Below, piece after piece: positions 31,942 to 44,400 of a stretch of DNA of 64,000 nucleotides. The DNA is taken from NCBI GenBank assembly GCA_030704615.1, contig CM060732.1, positions 24,676,001 to 24,740,000 of the forward strand, given 5' to 3'. Each line of letters starts with the position of its first letter. Position 1 is the stretch's first letter. Under the pieces are notes generated by a model. It had not been told where the DNA came from, ran no database searches, and saw only the letters and a program-made list of their open reading frames with translations. This DNA is from Takakia lepidozioides. Its lineage: Eukaryota; Plantae; Bryophyta. Both the position numbers and the translations under genes were made by a program.

Positions 31942-34168
31942 ACCTGGGTAGGAACAAACAGCTGACGAGGGTTGATTTCAAACTTCTGACCCAAAGTCAT
32001 GTCTTCAACAGCTTGGCAGCTCACTCCATCAACGGTGAAGCTAAGCGGACGCTCCACGCACTGGTTCATCACAAAAATCAAGTTCAGAATCTGTGACACC
32101 TATCCTGAGTTGTTGAAATACCAAACTAACTCATTCCTGCATTCAGAGTTCCAATAATCCAAATCAAGGCTTTGTGTCTGTGCATGTCCTAGAATGTATT
32201 GCTGGTCGAAATGTGCAATGGGGTTGTGCTGCCTATGGCCACAATATACAGAGTCTACATCTCATGTTGTAAGTTTTGGGACTTCGGGAGCCCTGCATAA
32301 AAGCACTGGGATTACAAACACCATTGCCAACAAGTCTGCGCACCAAGGGTGTAGACCTGCGCCACCCACCATAGCATTATATTTATACATTGCAACTGAC
32401 CAGGAGAGCAAAGATCGAAAAGAGATCAAGGAACTTCCGAGATTAAGTCAGAACCTTGTCTCTTGCAATTGGCAAAATGATACAACTGAAGTCGAAGCAA
32501 CGAAGTGGCCTCTGTGACCCTTCCAACCCAAGTGATTCCTCAGCTCGAGGTACCAAAAACCTGATCCAGCAGTGCTTGAAAGCCTCGAGTAATGTGCAGC
32601 ATTGTGCTCCTCCAAATGTGCTCCTGGCTCGTGATCTTGTCTCGTCGTTGCTCCTTTGGCTATGGCGAAAAGGAAGGAGGCGCGAGAAAATGGCGAGAGG
32701 AAGTCGGGCAGGGGCAGGCGAACGCATGTTTAAAACTAACAATATGCACTTAAAACATGTTAAGCTAAAATGTTGGTGCGGTAGGGATATTGTTAGTTGC
32801 AGCAGCTGTTACGAAAACGGGGCTGCTAACCGTTACCAAGTGTTCTACGCTAACAGCGCGGTGCGGCAGGGGCCTTAGATAGATATTTTAACTACTACAG
32901 TTTAATTACCCACCATATGAGTAGCCACTATCACTTACTTAGTCATCAATACTACTAAGTGTACAATAATTATCGTAATATTACACCACTACACATATCC
33001 ACATCACAATTATAACAAGCCTAAAACGGCGATTGGCTCTCTTGCTTTGGCAAAACATAAGAGGAAGGTGAGAGAGGGGCATGACTCGGCACAACACGCC
33101 AATCGGTGCCTTGACACGGCGTAAGGTCCTTTGACCACATTTTCTCCATTGACTTCAACACGATGCAAAGTCTCTCTCTACAAGAGAGCCAATTATAAAT
33201 TTAAGAATTGAAATCCAAAAATAATAATAAATCACACAGTATCACCACTTAGAATGAGGTCATAGTATTCAACACGACTCACTAAATATTAACCACTAGC
33301 ATTATACCTCCATACATTTCCACATCAAAATATTGTTATAATATATAATTTAAATCCACGTGTTAGCACTAGTGGTTTAAACTGTGTGTTGAGCAGTAGG
33401 CTCTGTAAATTCACTGGACCTTAAAAATTTTATCTTATCTTTATGTTGTCCTTAACTACTCACATTAGTCTACTATAAATATCCATATAAGCATAATATT
33501 AAAATATTAAAAATTATTTGAAATCCGCTTGTCATCCTGAGTTGTAAGAACTACTCCCAAATCCTGGGAGGCCACCATGGCATATTAATCAATTTAATAA
33601 TTGGCTAATTGTCACAATCACTGACGAGTAGTTTATGTAGTAATTTAAGACACGAGCAGTAAAATGGCCAGTAATAAAATCCCAGTTTCCTTCTAGTGGA
33701 AACTAGTATTTTTGGACCCTGTTATGGTTTATCAATTCACCGCTGCTTACTTTGTGCCTATATCACCTAGTATCTCTCAATGCAAAATTCACCGCCGCCA
33801 CTACAAGTTTAGGGTTTTTGGCTACACCACTGAAGGTTTTGCCTCGCTGAATTTGCACAAATGTGTTGTACAAATGCACCAGTCCTCTATACCTCATGCC
33901 AGTTTTATTCCGTTTTAAAAACATAAAACTCATATGACCGAGGTTTAAAAACATAAAACTCCCATGACATGACCGTGGGTTGTGCTCACGTGAGCATGCA
34001 CACGGCTGTGCTCACAGGATACCAACCCCCGCCCTAAGTTATGCATGCATGGGCAGGCGACACACATTTCCGCAGGGTTTGGGGCTTTCAAGCATAGGTC
34101 GGGTGACCGACCATGCGGCCGAGTAACAGTGCGCACCAATGTCCCGGCTCGGATCCATGTGTGGATGA

Positions 34169-34864
34169 TCATATTTCACCCAACGTCCCGTCATCACAAC
34201 ATTGAGGCATTTGGCCCTCATCAGGCCACCACGGGGGAACTATGTCCTTATTTCGCTCTGCTCGCTTGCTCTTGCTGTTCTTCGCACCATCAAACTGTGT
34301 TCGATCACCGGTGCTCTTGCTGTTCTTCACACCATCAAACTGTGTCCGATCACCGGTGCTCTTGCTGTTCTTCACACCATCAAACTGTGTTCGAACACCG
34401 GTGCTCTTGCTGTTCTTCACACCATCAAAATGTGTTCGATCACCCATTCCGAACGGCCCAGACATGCATGTGTCATTGTTTATGCAGTCATTGTTAGCGC
34501 ACCGTACAGGTGAACAAGGGTCGCTACAAGGTTCGTTATATTCCTTATTTGGATCAATGATCACGATATTGTTCGAGTTGTCAGGTGTCTCGAATGGAAA
34601 CTGGGTGCCATAGATGTAAGACTTCTTCCCCGTGGTGTCAGGGGCATTAGGCCGCCCGTACGGATCAAACGGATATGGTGTCCATGCGGGTGGCTGTCCA
34701 TGTGTGATGTGTTCAGAGGGTGGGAGGTGCCGAGTTACACGTTTCGGTACATTGGTATCCTTGTAGAACGAGATGTCATGAATCCACACCTTTCCCCCTG
34801 CCTCTTCAAATGTGGCCCTGCTATTCCACATGATTTTGATGCTAACAAAGGAAGTTGGAGCCAA
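34169..34864 (-). other. Open frame of 231 codons containing the 15-aa repeat; coding status uncertain
   Basis: Non-ATG start and no recognised domain. The frame stays open for about 140 codons before the repeat and includes a Cys-rich patch. Confidence 0.25.
34267..34444. repeat. 45 bp minisatellite, 4 copies
   Basis: TGCTCTTGCTGTTCTTCACACCATCAAACTGTGTTCGATCACCGG repeated with period 45. The minus strand reads GDRTQFDGVKNSKST. Confidence 0.92.
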
Positions 34865-35764
34865 TTTCCTCTCGAAGACGACCTCAAAATTCTGTTGTTA
34901 CGTCCAAATTACGAAGTTTGAATCCATCAAGAATCCATCAAGGTGCAATTTTTTGAAGCTGCTTCCACATAGACTTCAGGTGGATTATGTCACGTGTGTA
35001 GGAGATGTGCAATACTACTAGAAGAATCTCCAAGCCAAATATCAAGTCAGAACCTCAAGCTCCAGCAGACACTCTCGAACTCTACATAGGAACAGCAGAC
35101 ATCAGACACTCTCGAACTCTTCTTCACTCTCTAGCCCATGGCCAATATCACTGTTGTTTCCTTTGGATCAAATCAATCTCTTGCCATGACTTGCACATTT
35201 ATATCACAAAATTCTTTATGAGAGCTGTGTTAGTTAGCATCAAAGATGGTGAAGTTTTTCTTACCTAGTATGAATTAGGAAATTGATCTTTGAAGGTCTC
35301 ACCATGGTATAAGTTAAGTCGGGGAAGGAAGCCTTGGGGATCTCACATCGAGGGAAGGAGATGTTGCCAAGAGTTGCCTATCCCACCTTTTCCATATGGA
35401 GGGTTTTTATTGGTTGGCCCTGCCCTTTCAGTTTGGTGAGTTGACCCTTAACCTCATATCATGGGTTGTTCCCCTGAAAGGTATTGGGATCGTATATGTA
35501 TTCAAAATGGGAACGTGTCCGTATGTGTCATTTTTGGCGTACCTGTGCTGTAGGGTGAAGTTGTGAAATTGCATACGTACCTTCCAGCTCTCTAACGGAA
35601 AGCCACAAGGCAACCGGAAATGGTTGATATGGAATGGGCACCCACAAACATCAAACTGCGAGGACACAGAGATAGTGTTGAAGGGGAAGGGTAGAGATAA
35701 GAGCATCGCACAATTCGTGCTAAGTATCTACTCCTTTCCTCTTTGCTCTCACCCAGTTGTAGAT

Positions 35765-38700
35765 ATGGCAGCGTGCTCATCTTCTCTGCTGTGGGCGCGG
35801 CTAGAAACCAGTCCCAAGGCCCTGTGTTCTCCTTGCGTTCAAGTGGGGGGAGGCCTCTCATCATGCAGCAGATTAATGGGCCAGGCTTTGGAGCTCAAGT
35901 GTGCATCCACCTTAGCAATGTCGGGCCGGAGACCCCGGAGAGTCATGGCTTTCACGCCTCCAATCTCTCCAGAGATAACGAAGAAAGGTATGAGCCAAGT
36001 TCTTTCTTTCGGGTTGGCTGGGGTGGCTATCGTGTGCCTCTCCCGGGCTCCGACTTGTCATGCAGAAACTACATCCGTCTAGGTCGAAGAATTGCGCAGT
36101 ATGCTCAGATAGGGAATGTAGACAGGAATGTGAGTATACCACCCTTGTCCTCCCCAATCAGCTCTTTCCGCATCTTCTGAAATGTGGTTAATAGTTTTCC
36201 TTCCATTAATTGCATGCGAGAGAGCAACCAAGCACGTCGCTTCCTCCTTCATGTTGCTTCCTTTGCAGCCGCGTTGGGGCTTTGTGGCACCTGCTCAAAA
36301 GTTGCCTGGTGGAGGTGGAATGTGCTTCAAGTTAGTTCTGGAAGCTTGGGCGTCTGTTTCCCAAGAGCTTCTGTTTTTGGGCTTGAGAATGTTTGACCTC
36401 TTTGTTGAGTTTCTGTGTGTTCGTCCCTCTGTCTCTTTCACCGGGCTATGGTTCAATAAATTCTGATGTGAGGTCTTGCCCATTTCCTGTGTGTGGGTGT
36501 GTGAGAGAGAGTGGCTACAAGCCCGGTGGGATATAGGTTGAGAGTTACCACCACTGGGCCTATCATTATTGCCTTCTTATGGACAGTGGTTGCTACTTCT
36601 GAGACCAAATTATTTCTTTGTGAGGCAGAGGCGGTGGAGGAACAAGTGGATATAGCCAAACTGGAAAAGGAGCTCAATACTGCATCCCCTCTGCAAATCA
36701 TAGACCGGGCACTATCCTTGTTTGGGCCTGACATCGCCATTGCTTTCAGGTATCACCCTTGCTACCATTTAAGATCTGGATGTCTTACTGGTGGTAATTT
36801 GAAGGAGTTTGAAAGTCCACCACATCTTGTCTATAAGACATTGGGAGCTCGCATCCTATCTATCAGTCGACCACAGGATGTGCCTCTTAGGTCTAGTTTG
36901 AAACAAGGACAAAGTTCCAGTGAAGATTCATTCTTAACCTTTCTGGGATTCTGTTGTATGTACTGGTTAATGGGATGTAAGCATTGTGCCTCATCTTACA
37001 GTAATGGTGTGGCAAGTTATTAGTTTGGGGGATGGCTTGGATTTCTGGCCATTCTCAAGTCCATGTTTCCTGTCATGACGGCACTCATGGTGAGACAAAC
37101 TCACAGTTGTCATGTCAGATCATCTACAACTAGTTAAGCATAGTTAAATAATGACAAATTGTGAGAGGCAATTTATGGTGACAACCTTGAAGTTCTTATC
37201 ATGCTGCATGCTTGGGAATAATGTAGCCAGGTCTCTATCGAGTCTCTGACCTGAAGAAGTTTGACGGGCTTTGATCTCACAAGTGTCCATCTGTTTGATA
37301 ATTGGTTGGGTAATTTGAAGTGGAGCTGAGGATGTCGCTTTGATCGAGTATGCTCACCTAACAGGACGGCCCTTCCGGGTGTTCAGCCTGGAAACTGGAA
37401 GGCTTAATCCCGAGACATACCGTTTTTTCGCCGATGTAGAAAAGCACTACAACATACACATTGAATACATGTTTCCCGACGCAGCAGAGGTGGAAGCTCT
37501 TGTTCGTGCCAAGGGACTGTTCTCATTTTATGAGGATGGCCACACAGAGTGCTGCAGGGTTCGCAAGGTGAGGCCATTGAGGAGAGCGTTGAAGGGCTTG
37601 CGAGCCTGGATAACTGGGCAACGTAAAGATCAATCTCCAGGAACTCGCGCCAACGTGCCTGTTGTACAGGTTGTTCTCCTTTTCTACACACTTCCCTTCT
37701 GCGGTGACATGTTTGCTTAAGAACCATGAGAATGTATGACCATGCAGCTTTTACAGAGAATAGTGTCCATTTTCATCTGGTTCACTTTCAACTTGGATTT
37801 TAAGTTGCCAAGTGACACCCCTAAAGGCTGGTTCAAACACCCATCCATGAAGGTTAGGATTAGATAATGGAAAAAAATCCTGAAATTTTTGTTAATACTA
37901 CCTAACCAAGCTTGAGGATTGAGAAGTTTGCCCTCTCAGTAGCTTTTCCTTTTTCCATCTTACTCTGGTGGCTCTCTGGTGAATGTTAGTTTGATACTGA
38001 ACATCTCTAGTTTCCTGGATGAACACAGGTGGACTCTACATTTGAAGGCATGGATGGAGGTATGGGAAGTCTCGTAAAATGGAACCCAGTGTCAAATGTG
38101 TTGGGAACAGCTGTATGGTCCTTTTTGCGCACTATGAATGTGCCTGTGAACACTCTCCACTCCCAGGTGGGCACCGCTCAGGTTTTCCCATATCTAGTGC
38201 ATTTTGCAGTGCATTGCACGCTATAACGAATAGTACTAATCCAAGAGTATTTCTTGGTGTTCTGATTGGCAGGGCTATGTGTCAATTGGGTGTGAGCCAT
38301 GCACAAGGTCAGTGCTCCCAGGGCAACATGAAAGAGAGGGTCGTTGGTGGTGGGAGGATGCCACAGCCAAGGAATGCGGTCTGCATAAGGTCAGTTTTAG
38401 GATTATCCTCCTTTCTCCCTGATTGGGAAGCCAACGATTTCAATTGACTCAGGCTAGCTCACTCAGCACCCTTTTCCCAGGAAGTCTAGTGTTCTCGGAC
38501 ATCTTTGGGTACCGTAGGGTTGTAATAACATGTTGTATGGACTCTGGATGGTATGGCAGGGTAATCTCGAGAGCTCGCAATTGAGCAGCAGTACTACTTC
38601 CCTAGAGGAATCTACACTAGCTGACCTCTTCACAAGTGATGCTGTTGTCACACTGAGCCGTGGAGAGATCGAAGTATTAGCAAAAACAGATCAACGTCCA

Positions 38701-39997
38701 AAGCCTTGGTTGGTGGTGCTCTATGCCCCCTGGTGCTCGTTTTCTCAGGTCAGTTCATTGCCCTTATCTTGCTTGGATGTGGTCAGCACAACCTGCTGGC
38801 TAGCTAGGACATTGTTTTAAGTTATTAGCTGCTGGGCATCCTTGCAGCACATATAATATGTATCCTTGCTAGTACTCTTCCGTGAGTACACCAAAGAAGC
38901 ATCTGCATCTTCTTTCGTGGAATCAACTTTTTGTCAGTAGGTGTCCAATGTTTTAGTAATCTTTCAATCCTTCGAAAGCAGTTACCGATGGGAAACAGAA
39001 AAAGTAAGTTGATTATTGTGTTCCACATGTCAATAGTCGTTGGACCGTTCTATATTTATATATTTATTTAGAGACCTTCTTTTGTAACCTACAAGATGTG
39101 CAAGAGGATAACCTATCTGTTGGACTCATTGCTTGAATGGGTAACTGTTGTGGGCTTACTACTGCAGGCAATGGAGGAGTCATTTGATACAGTAGCAGAG
39201 AAGCTGAAAGGCTTGGATGTACTTGTAAGTTTTCTGATGTCTTGTAATGGGATTTAGTCCACAAACTTCCAATGTCACACTACAATGTGAGCTTCCCACC
39301 TTAGTAGTATGCCTCTCTTCTATGTGTTTAGTCTGCGTGCCAGCAGAGATTGTAGCTCAGGCACATGTTGGCTCTCCTTCTTTGTCAAGCATTTGGGATT
39401 TTGTTTACTCGAGTATAAGTTAACCACTTCATTGTTCTGCCTAGCACTGAAGTAGATCCTGTCTTGACCGTTTCTTAAAAACTTGTCCTAGGTCTCTTTC
39501 TTCCATGCTTGATTCAGAACTTCCTCTGCACTTCTCAATTAACATCTCAAGAGAGCCATTCGTACTTCATTGGTCTTTGTTTGCACTGAAGTCCAGGCCT
39601 CCCTTGAGAGCCCAAGCAACTTGTGTGTGTAGTACCCAGAGAAGTGCATCCCATGCTTTTCTGGTTTTCAGCCTGATGTCAGGCAGCACGATTGCCCCTG
39701 CTAGGAAAAAAGAGAACCAACTCTGTGGGGTTAGGGCCCAGGCTGCTGGGCTTTCAATTTGTACTGGCTAGGGTGCCAACTGGCCTTGGGTTCTGATTCT
39801 GATGGATTGCTTGGATGGTGCAGGTTGGTAAGTTCAGGGCAGATGGTGAGCAGAAGGCATTTGCACAGCAGCAATTGCAGATGAAGAGTTTCCCCACCAT
39901 TCTCTTCTTTCCTAGGAACAGTAGCCAAGTCATCAAGTACCCATCAGAGAACCGTCAAGTGGATGCATTGATGGCATTTGTGCAAGCTTTGCAATAA
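35765..39997 (+). CDS. APR: Plastid adenosine 5-phosphosulfate reductase (FeS-type APR with C-terminal thioredoxin-like domain), about 8 exons
   Basis: Transit-peptide exon 35765-35987. Motifs IAIAFS|[63 protein letters not shown]...REGRWWWED...[25 protein letters not shown]...SFPTILFFP...KYPSE. GT-AG junctions near 36749, 37321, 37669, 38029, 38166, 38273, 38389, 38748, 39167 and 39824. Confidence 0.95.
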
Positions 39998-41441
39998 GCC
40001 GTTTCTTGTGATGTGATGGTGTAGAGAGCAATGTATTATACGACATTAATGCCTCACTGACACTACAATTTTGAGACAACTTTCGCAACAGTGTTCCCTT
40101 CTGGGACGGCTGTTTAGGTGGAGGCTGCTTGACAACGTGTTGTGGCTGGTTCCTGGATCCTGGAGCTTTGGAGCTCTCTTTGAATCTACATTCATTGGAG
40201 CACTTTTAAGTTATATGTTTGTTGAGTCGAGCAACGACGTCCAAGAGCTTTGGACGTCGTGTGAACATCATAAGCTCTGTTATTTGTTAGATGGGACATG
40301 CGAACAGTTTTATACTACAGACAGTCTAAAGGCCAGCGACTGTTTGCAATGTGTACAGTAGCTATTACTTCATCACCAATTAATGTTTGCTGTTTTGCCA
40401 TATGGCAAGTGGGATGAAATGCCAGAATTTATCATCAGGTTGGCAGAGTAGTCTGCCACCAACTGTGTGCAAAGCTCCTTGCTCTTCTTGCACCTGTGCT
40501 GGTTTCTGTGAAAACTTGACAAGGGCTAAATTGTCTAAGCTTGCTCTACTGTGCGAAAGATTGGAACATAGATTGCAACACAAGCAGCTCCAGCTCCCCC
40601 TTTTTTTGTATGTAGCAACTCATAAATCTGCCTTGCCTCACGTTGTCGCCACATCCCATGAGGTACTACATACTGGGCATTGAACAACACTCTCTCTAGA
40701 ACGCAGAGAAACCTGCTGAAAAAGTCGTTCAAGGGACCCTTGTCAAACCAAGCGGGAATGACGATCTCTCTCGTCACTCGGTGCTAGAAAACCCAGCAGT
40801 GTGTATTGTATTCCCACATTCATACATATGTAGAGGTATAAGTTAGATAGCCACATCCGTTCAGGAGTCGATTTCCTGCGGCATACTTACGACATCACTT
40901 GCTTTGTTTCTACTTCAAGTTTACTGGCATGTAACAGAGGTTGTGGGACCTACAGGACTGTGGTCTGGGAGTCTGCGGTGGCAGGGTCGTCTCGGTGCGC
41001 CCCTCAGGTTGCTGTGGCAGCGAAGGTTTAGCAATTCGCAATTCCCCCACAAGTCACTGTTTAGGGCTTCTGGGTGCTTCTATTTGCTATCTTTTTGGGC
41101 TAGGGCACCGAACTTTCTCTCCAAGAGGTGCACTGCAACAGCTCGCCCTGTGCAGGTTCGGAGTTTGCACCAGGAGAGGAGAATAAAGTCGTAGAAGGTT
41201 GTCTTCGTATGGTTTGGGAGAGTAAATGAACGGTTGGCCAGCGTAAGAGATGGTGCTTGGTTTTGATATGAAGCGGTTTGCACATACGTTTTACTCCTGC
41301 CCAATCCGCTTGGATGCGTGCGCTGCAAATGTGAAACAGTGGACGGTGACGTATAGAGCAGCGTGGAGGGAAGAATTTTCCGGTTACATAATGAATTGCA
41401 TGGGCGAATTCTGTAGGGTTTTGTAGAGGATAACAAGAAAT

Positions 41442-44400
41442 ATGCAGGCGTCTGCTATTGGGGCCTTCGCGCCTGTGGCACTGCTATGCGGTGAGTCTCC
41501 CTTCCCCTTTACTGGTCTCTTCATCTTTTGGACTCCTGAATCAATTTTTGAAGGTCGAGGTTGGTGTAGGTGTTCAAGTTCTAATAGTGTGTGTCTGTGT
41601 CTCTGTGGACCCAGCTGCCTTTGGAAATTGGAGTTTGATCTCCCTATGCTTTTTAATTGCCTTCTTTATCGTTCAGTACAAGTCACAGAGGCGAGGTATT
41701 CTCACGATTCCTTTTTCTGATTTCGTATTTACTTATCACAATCTTAGGCATGGGTTTCTTCCAAGACATGCGGATGCCACTATATAGAAACCTGTGAACT
41801 TCTTGTGCTGGCGACGTTGTGTTGGTTTTCATGGAGTCATTTTCCAAAACCATGAAAAGTGGATTATATTTCTGGTTTGGTCCTGACAATAGTTTCTAAG
41901 GGATTCTTCGCTGTCTGAATTCTGTGGATGCATCTCCAGATCAGTTACAGATCCCAAGGCCATGGCTGTGGATGTCTGTGGTTCTACTGGCGGCAACCGT
42001 CATTGTGGCGGAAGGAGTGGTAGAATTAATATGGGTCCTGTTTGGGACCAAGGCAAGTGCTGTGGAGTCCCAATGGATGCAACTTCTGGGACTGTCCAGG
42101 TAGGCTTCTGATTGGTTTGTCCTTCTGTGGATAGATGTGTAGCTTAGGGGTCATGAGCAGCACAACAGTTTGAATATCTACCAAGGTGACATTTGCATTC
42201 TTCCAGGCTTCAATTGGTCTGTGACTTGCTTCAACTTCCACATCTTTATGTTTTGCTTCAATCATGGAATCTATGAAGCAATGCACACTCTTTGGATAAC
42301 CAAGCCTGATAGCGACCGCAGATTGCCAGCCACTTTGTAGTACAGCCTCAGTTATGCAGGTGAAAGATTCAGGGAGTAGGTCCTCTATAATATTGGGCTA
42401 GTTTTTTGAGTGGCTAATTTTTTTGTGTTTTTCATTGGTAGTATGCTGGAATTGCTTCCTCCTCCTCTCAGGATCCCCCCATGCTGTCCTACTCTATGAA
42501 AACAGCAATTCAATGGGGCAATTTGTGTTATGTCGAAAAGAGTGAACCTTTGGTCATTTATCCAAATGAGGGTATTGCGAAGGAAGTGATCTTATCACCC
42601 CCCAGTGATCAGATTTCCTTTTGTCTCCTGTGGGACTGAAAAGAGCTCTAGTAACATACCAAACTCCCCTTAAGAAAGTGGATGTGTGCGTGATCAGGCC
42701 AAATCCATGGGAGAGCCGCTTTGGTATGTTTCTGTCACTGTTGTCACAGTTTGCGGTTGCTTTGACGGCAGCTTGTGCCTTGTACCATGAACAACACTCC
42801 ACCTTGCATTGGCCCCATAGCTCATTTTGGGGTACATTCGACTTTCTCCAACTCTTTTCACAAAGATCTCGCTTTGGCTTTTGCTTCAAGTTTATCAATT
42901 GCAGATTCTATATTGAGGAAAGGTGCAGTTGTTTTAAGGACACCCACTTTTTGATAAAAATGTAGGATTGCCTTTGGACCTTGTTCGTGCAGTATGAGTA
43001 GCTTGTCCATTCCAGTCGGTTGTGTAGATAGTCTGTTGCTAGGGTGCACAGTTTTGGAGTGGGTTGCGTGGTGGGGTTAATTTGTGTTATGTGTAGCTGC
43101 ACTGTAGGATGCTATGAAAAATGCCATGATCCTGTATCTGGATGTCATAGCTAGAATTTATTTATTGCAGATGAGGACGTGTTCCAGTTGAGGGCCAACT
43201 TGCGAAGTTTTGTCCTGCCGACTGTACAGATACTAGCAGGCGTGGCACGTCCCTCCTGGATTGCACTCCCGTACTTTGTTTGCAGCTGTGCTGGGCTCCT
43301 CCACTGGTCCATGACCAGCAATTTTGTTGGGCTTTCTTGGTATGCCCTTTCGCGCCCTTACGAGAGAGGCATACTTTACTTCCTACACTGGAGATTGAGT
43401 AGTAAGGTGGTGCATCTCCCCCTGGAATGTCTGGCTGCAAGGACCTGCTCAGTGGCTGTGGTAGCCACATTTTGTTTCACATGCATTTTTGCTTCAAGGC
43501 TTGTTATGAGCCCCACCTCTGCCATCAAGTAAATGCCAAGTCTTTTTCTTGGTCTTTGAGGTATTGAGAAGTGACATGGTGGATTATGGTTGTGGTTGTA
43601 GGGGATGGAGGCCTCTTATGTTCTACACGGGAGGCCACATTACATTACTGTACTTGAATCAACTTCCAGTTTCACTTCCACAGCGTATCGTGGATGCGGC
43701 CGATTACATAGGTTTGTTCAAAGTATCACGTGAGGAACTGGGATGGCCAGAGGGGATGCAAGCTGTGTCCCTGATCATGTTGTACATCTTGGTGCTCACC
43801 CGTTCCCTCTCCTCTCCCCTCTTATCATCACCTTACTGTCTGTCATGTGCATTTTTGGAGGCAAAACATCCACAGAGGGCCAGAAGTCAGGTACAAATCA
43901 AGAACTACGTTGCATTCCTGACAGTGTGTGTGATTTTCATGACAGCTATGCTTTGCTGTGAATGATCTGGAAGAGGATCAACAAGAAGCTGAGAGTTCAT
44001 TGAGGGGGGACTCCTTGCCATCGACATTTGATCGTCGAAATGCTAGATCTTTGAATCACCGAATTGTTGATGAAGATTTGCTTACAGAAAGGCTCTTGCC
44101 ATCTGACGTGCCAGTTTCTCGTAGAGACACAATGTAATGGCCAGATTTGATCTTTCAAAGGTCCGCCATATATTGCATTCGTTCATTCTGTAAACTCGCT
44201 TTATAGTTTGTGCATATGTGAAGGTCATGTTCAAAAGGTGTTAGTCGATTTCTGGTGTGAGCGGTCTGACAACAAGGAAGTATAACAATAAATGATAAGT
44301 GGGTCACTTTAGGTGGGCCATGGTCATGGGCTCCTTCCAGGTGTATGTGTCTCTAGGCCTCTCTTTTTCGCGGGACCCATCATGGCAGAAAATTTCCCTT

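Larger units (their letters stand above)
12675..32874. mobile_element. PIF/Harbinger DNA transposon (20.2 kb including the nested retroelement, about 8.3 kb without)
   Basis: 15 bp TIRs GGCCCCCGCCGCACC (12675-12689) and GGTGCGGCAGGGGCC (32860-32874, one mismatch). TTA TSD at 12672-12674 and 32875-32877. Encodes both a Myb/SANT-like protein and a HARBI1-type DDE nuclease. Confidence 0.93.

Noticed and set aside
40380-41400. Small gene between APR and PIEZO
   Set aside because: Short overlapping ORFs without motifs. The region is more simply APR 3-prime flank and PIEZO promoter/5-prime UTR.
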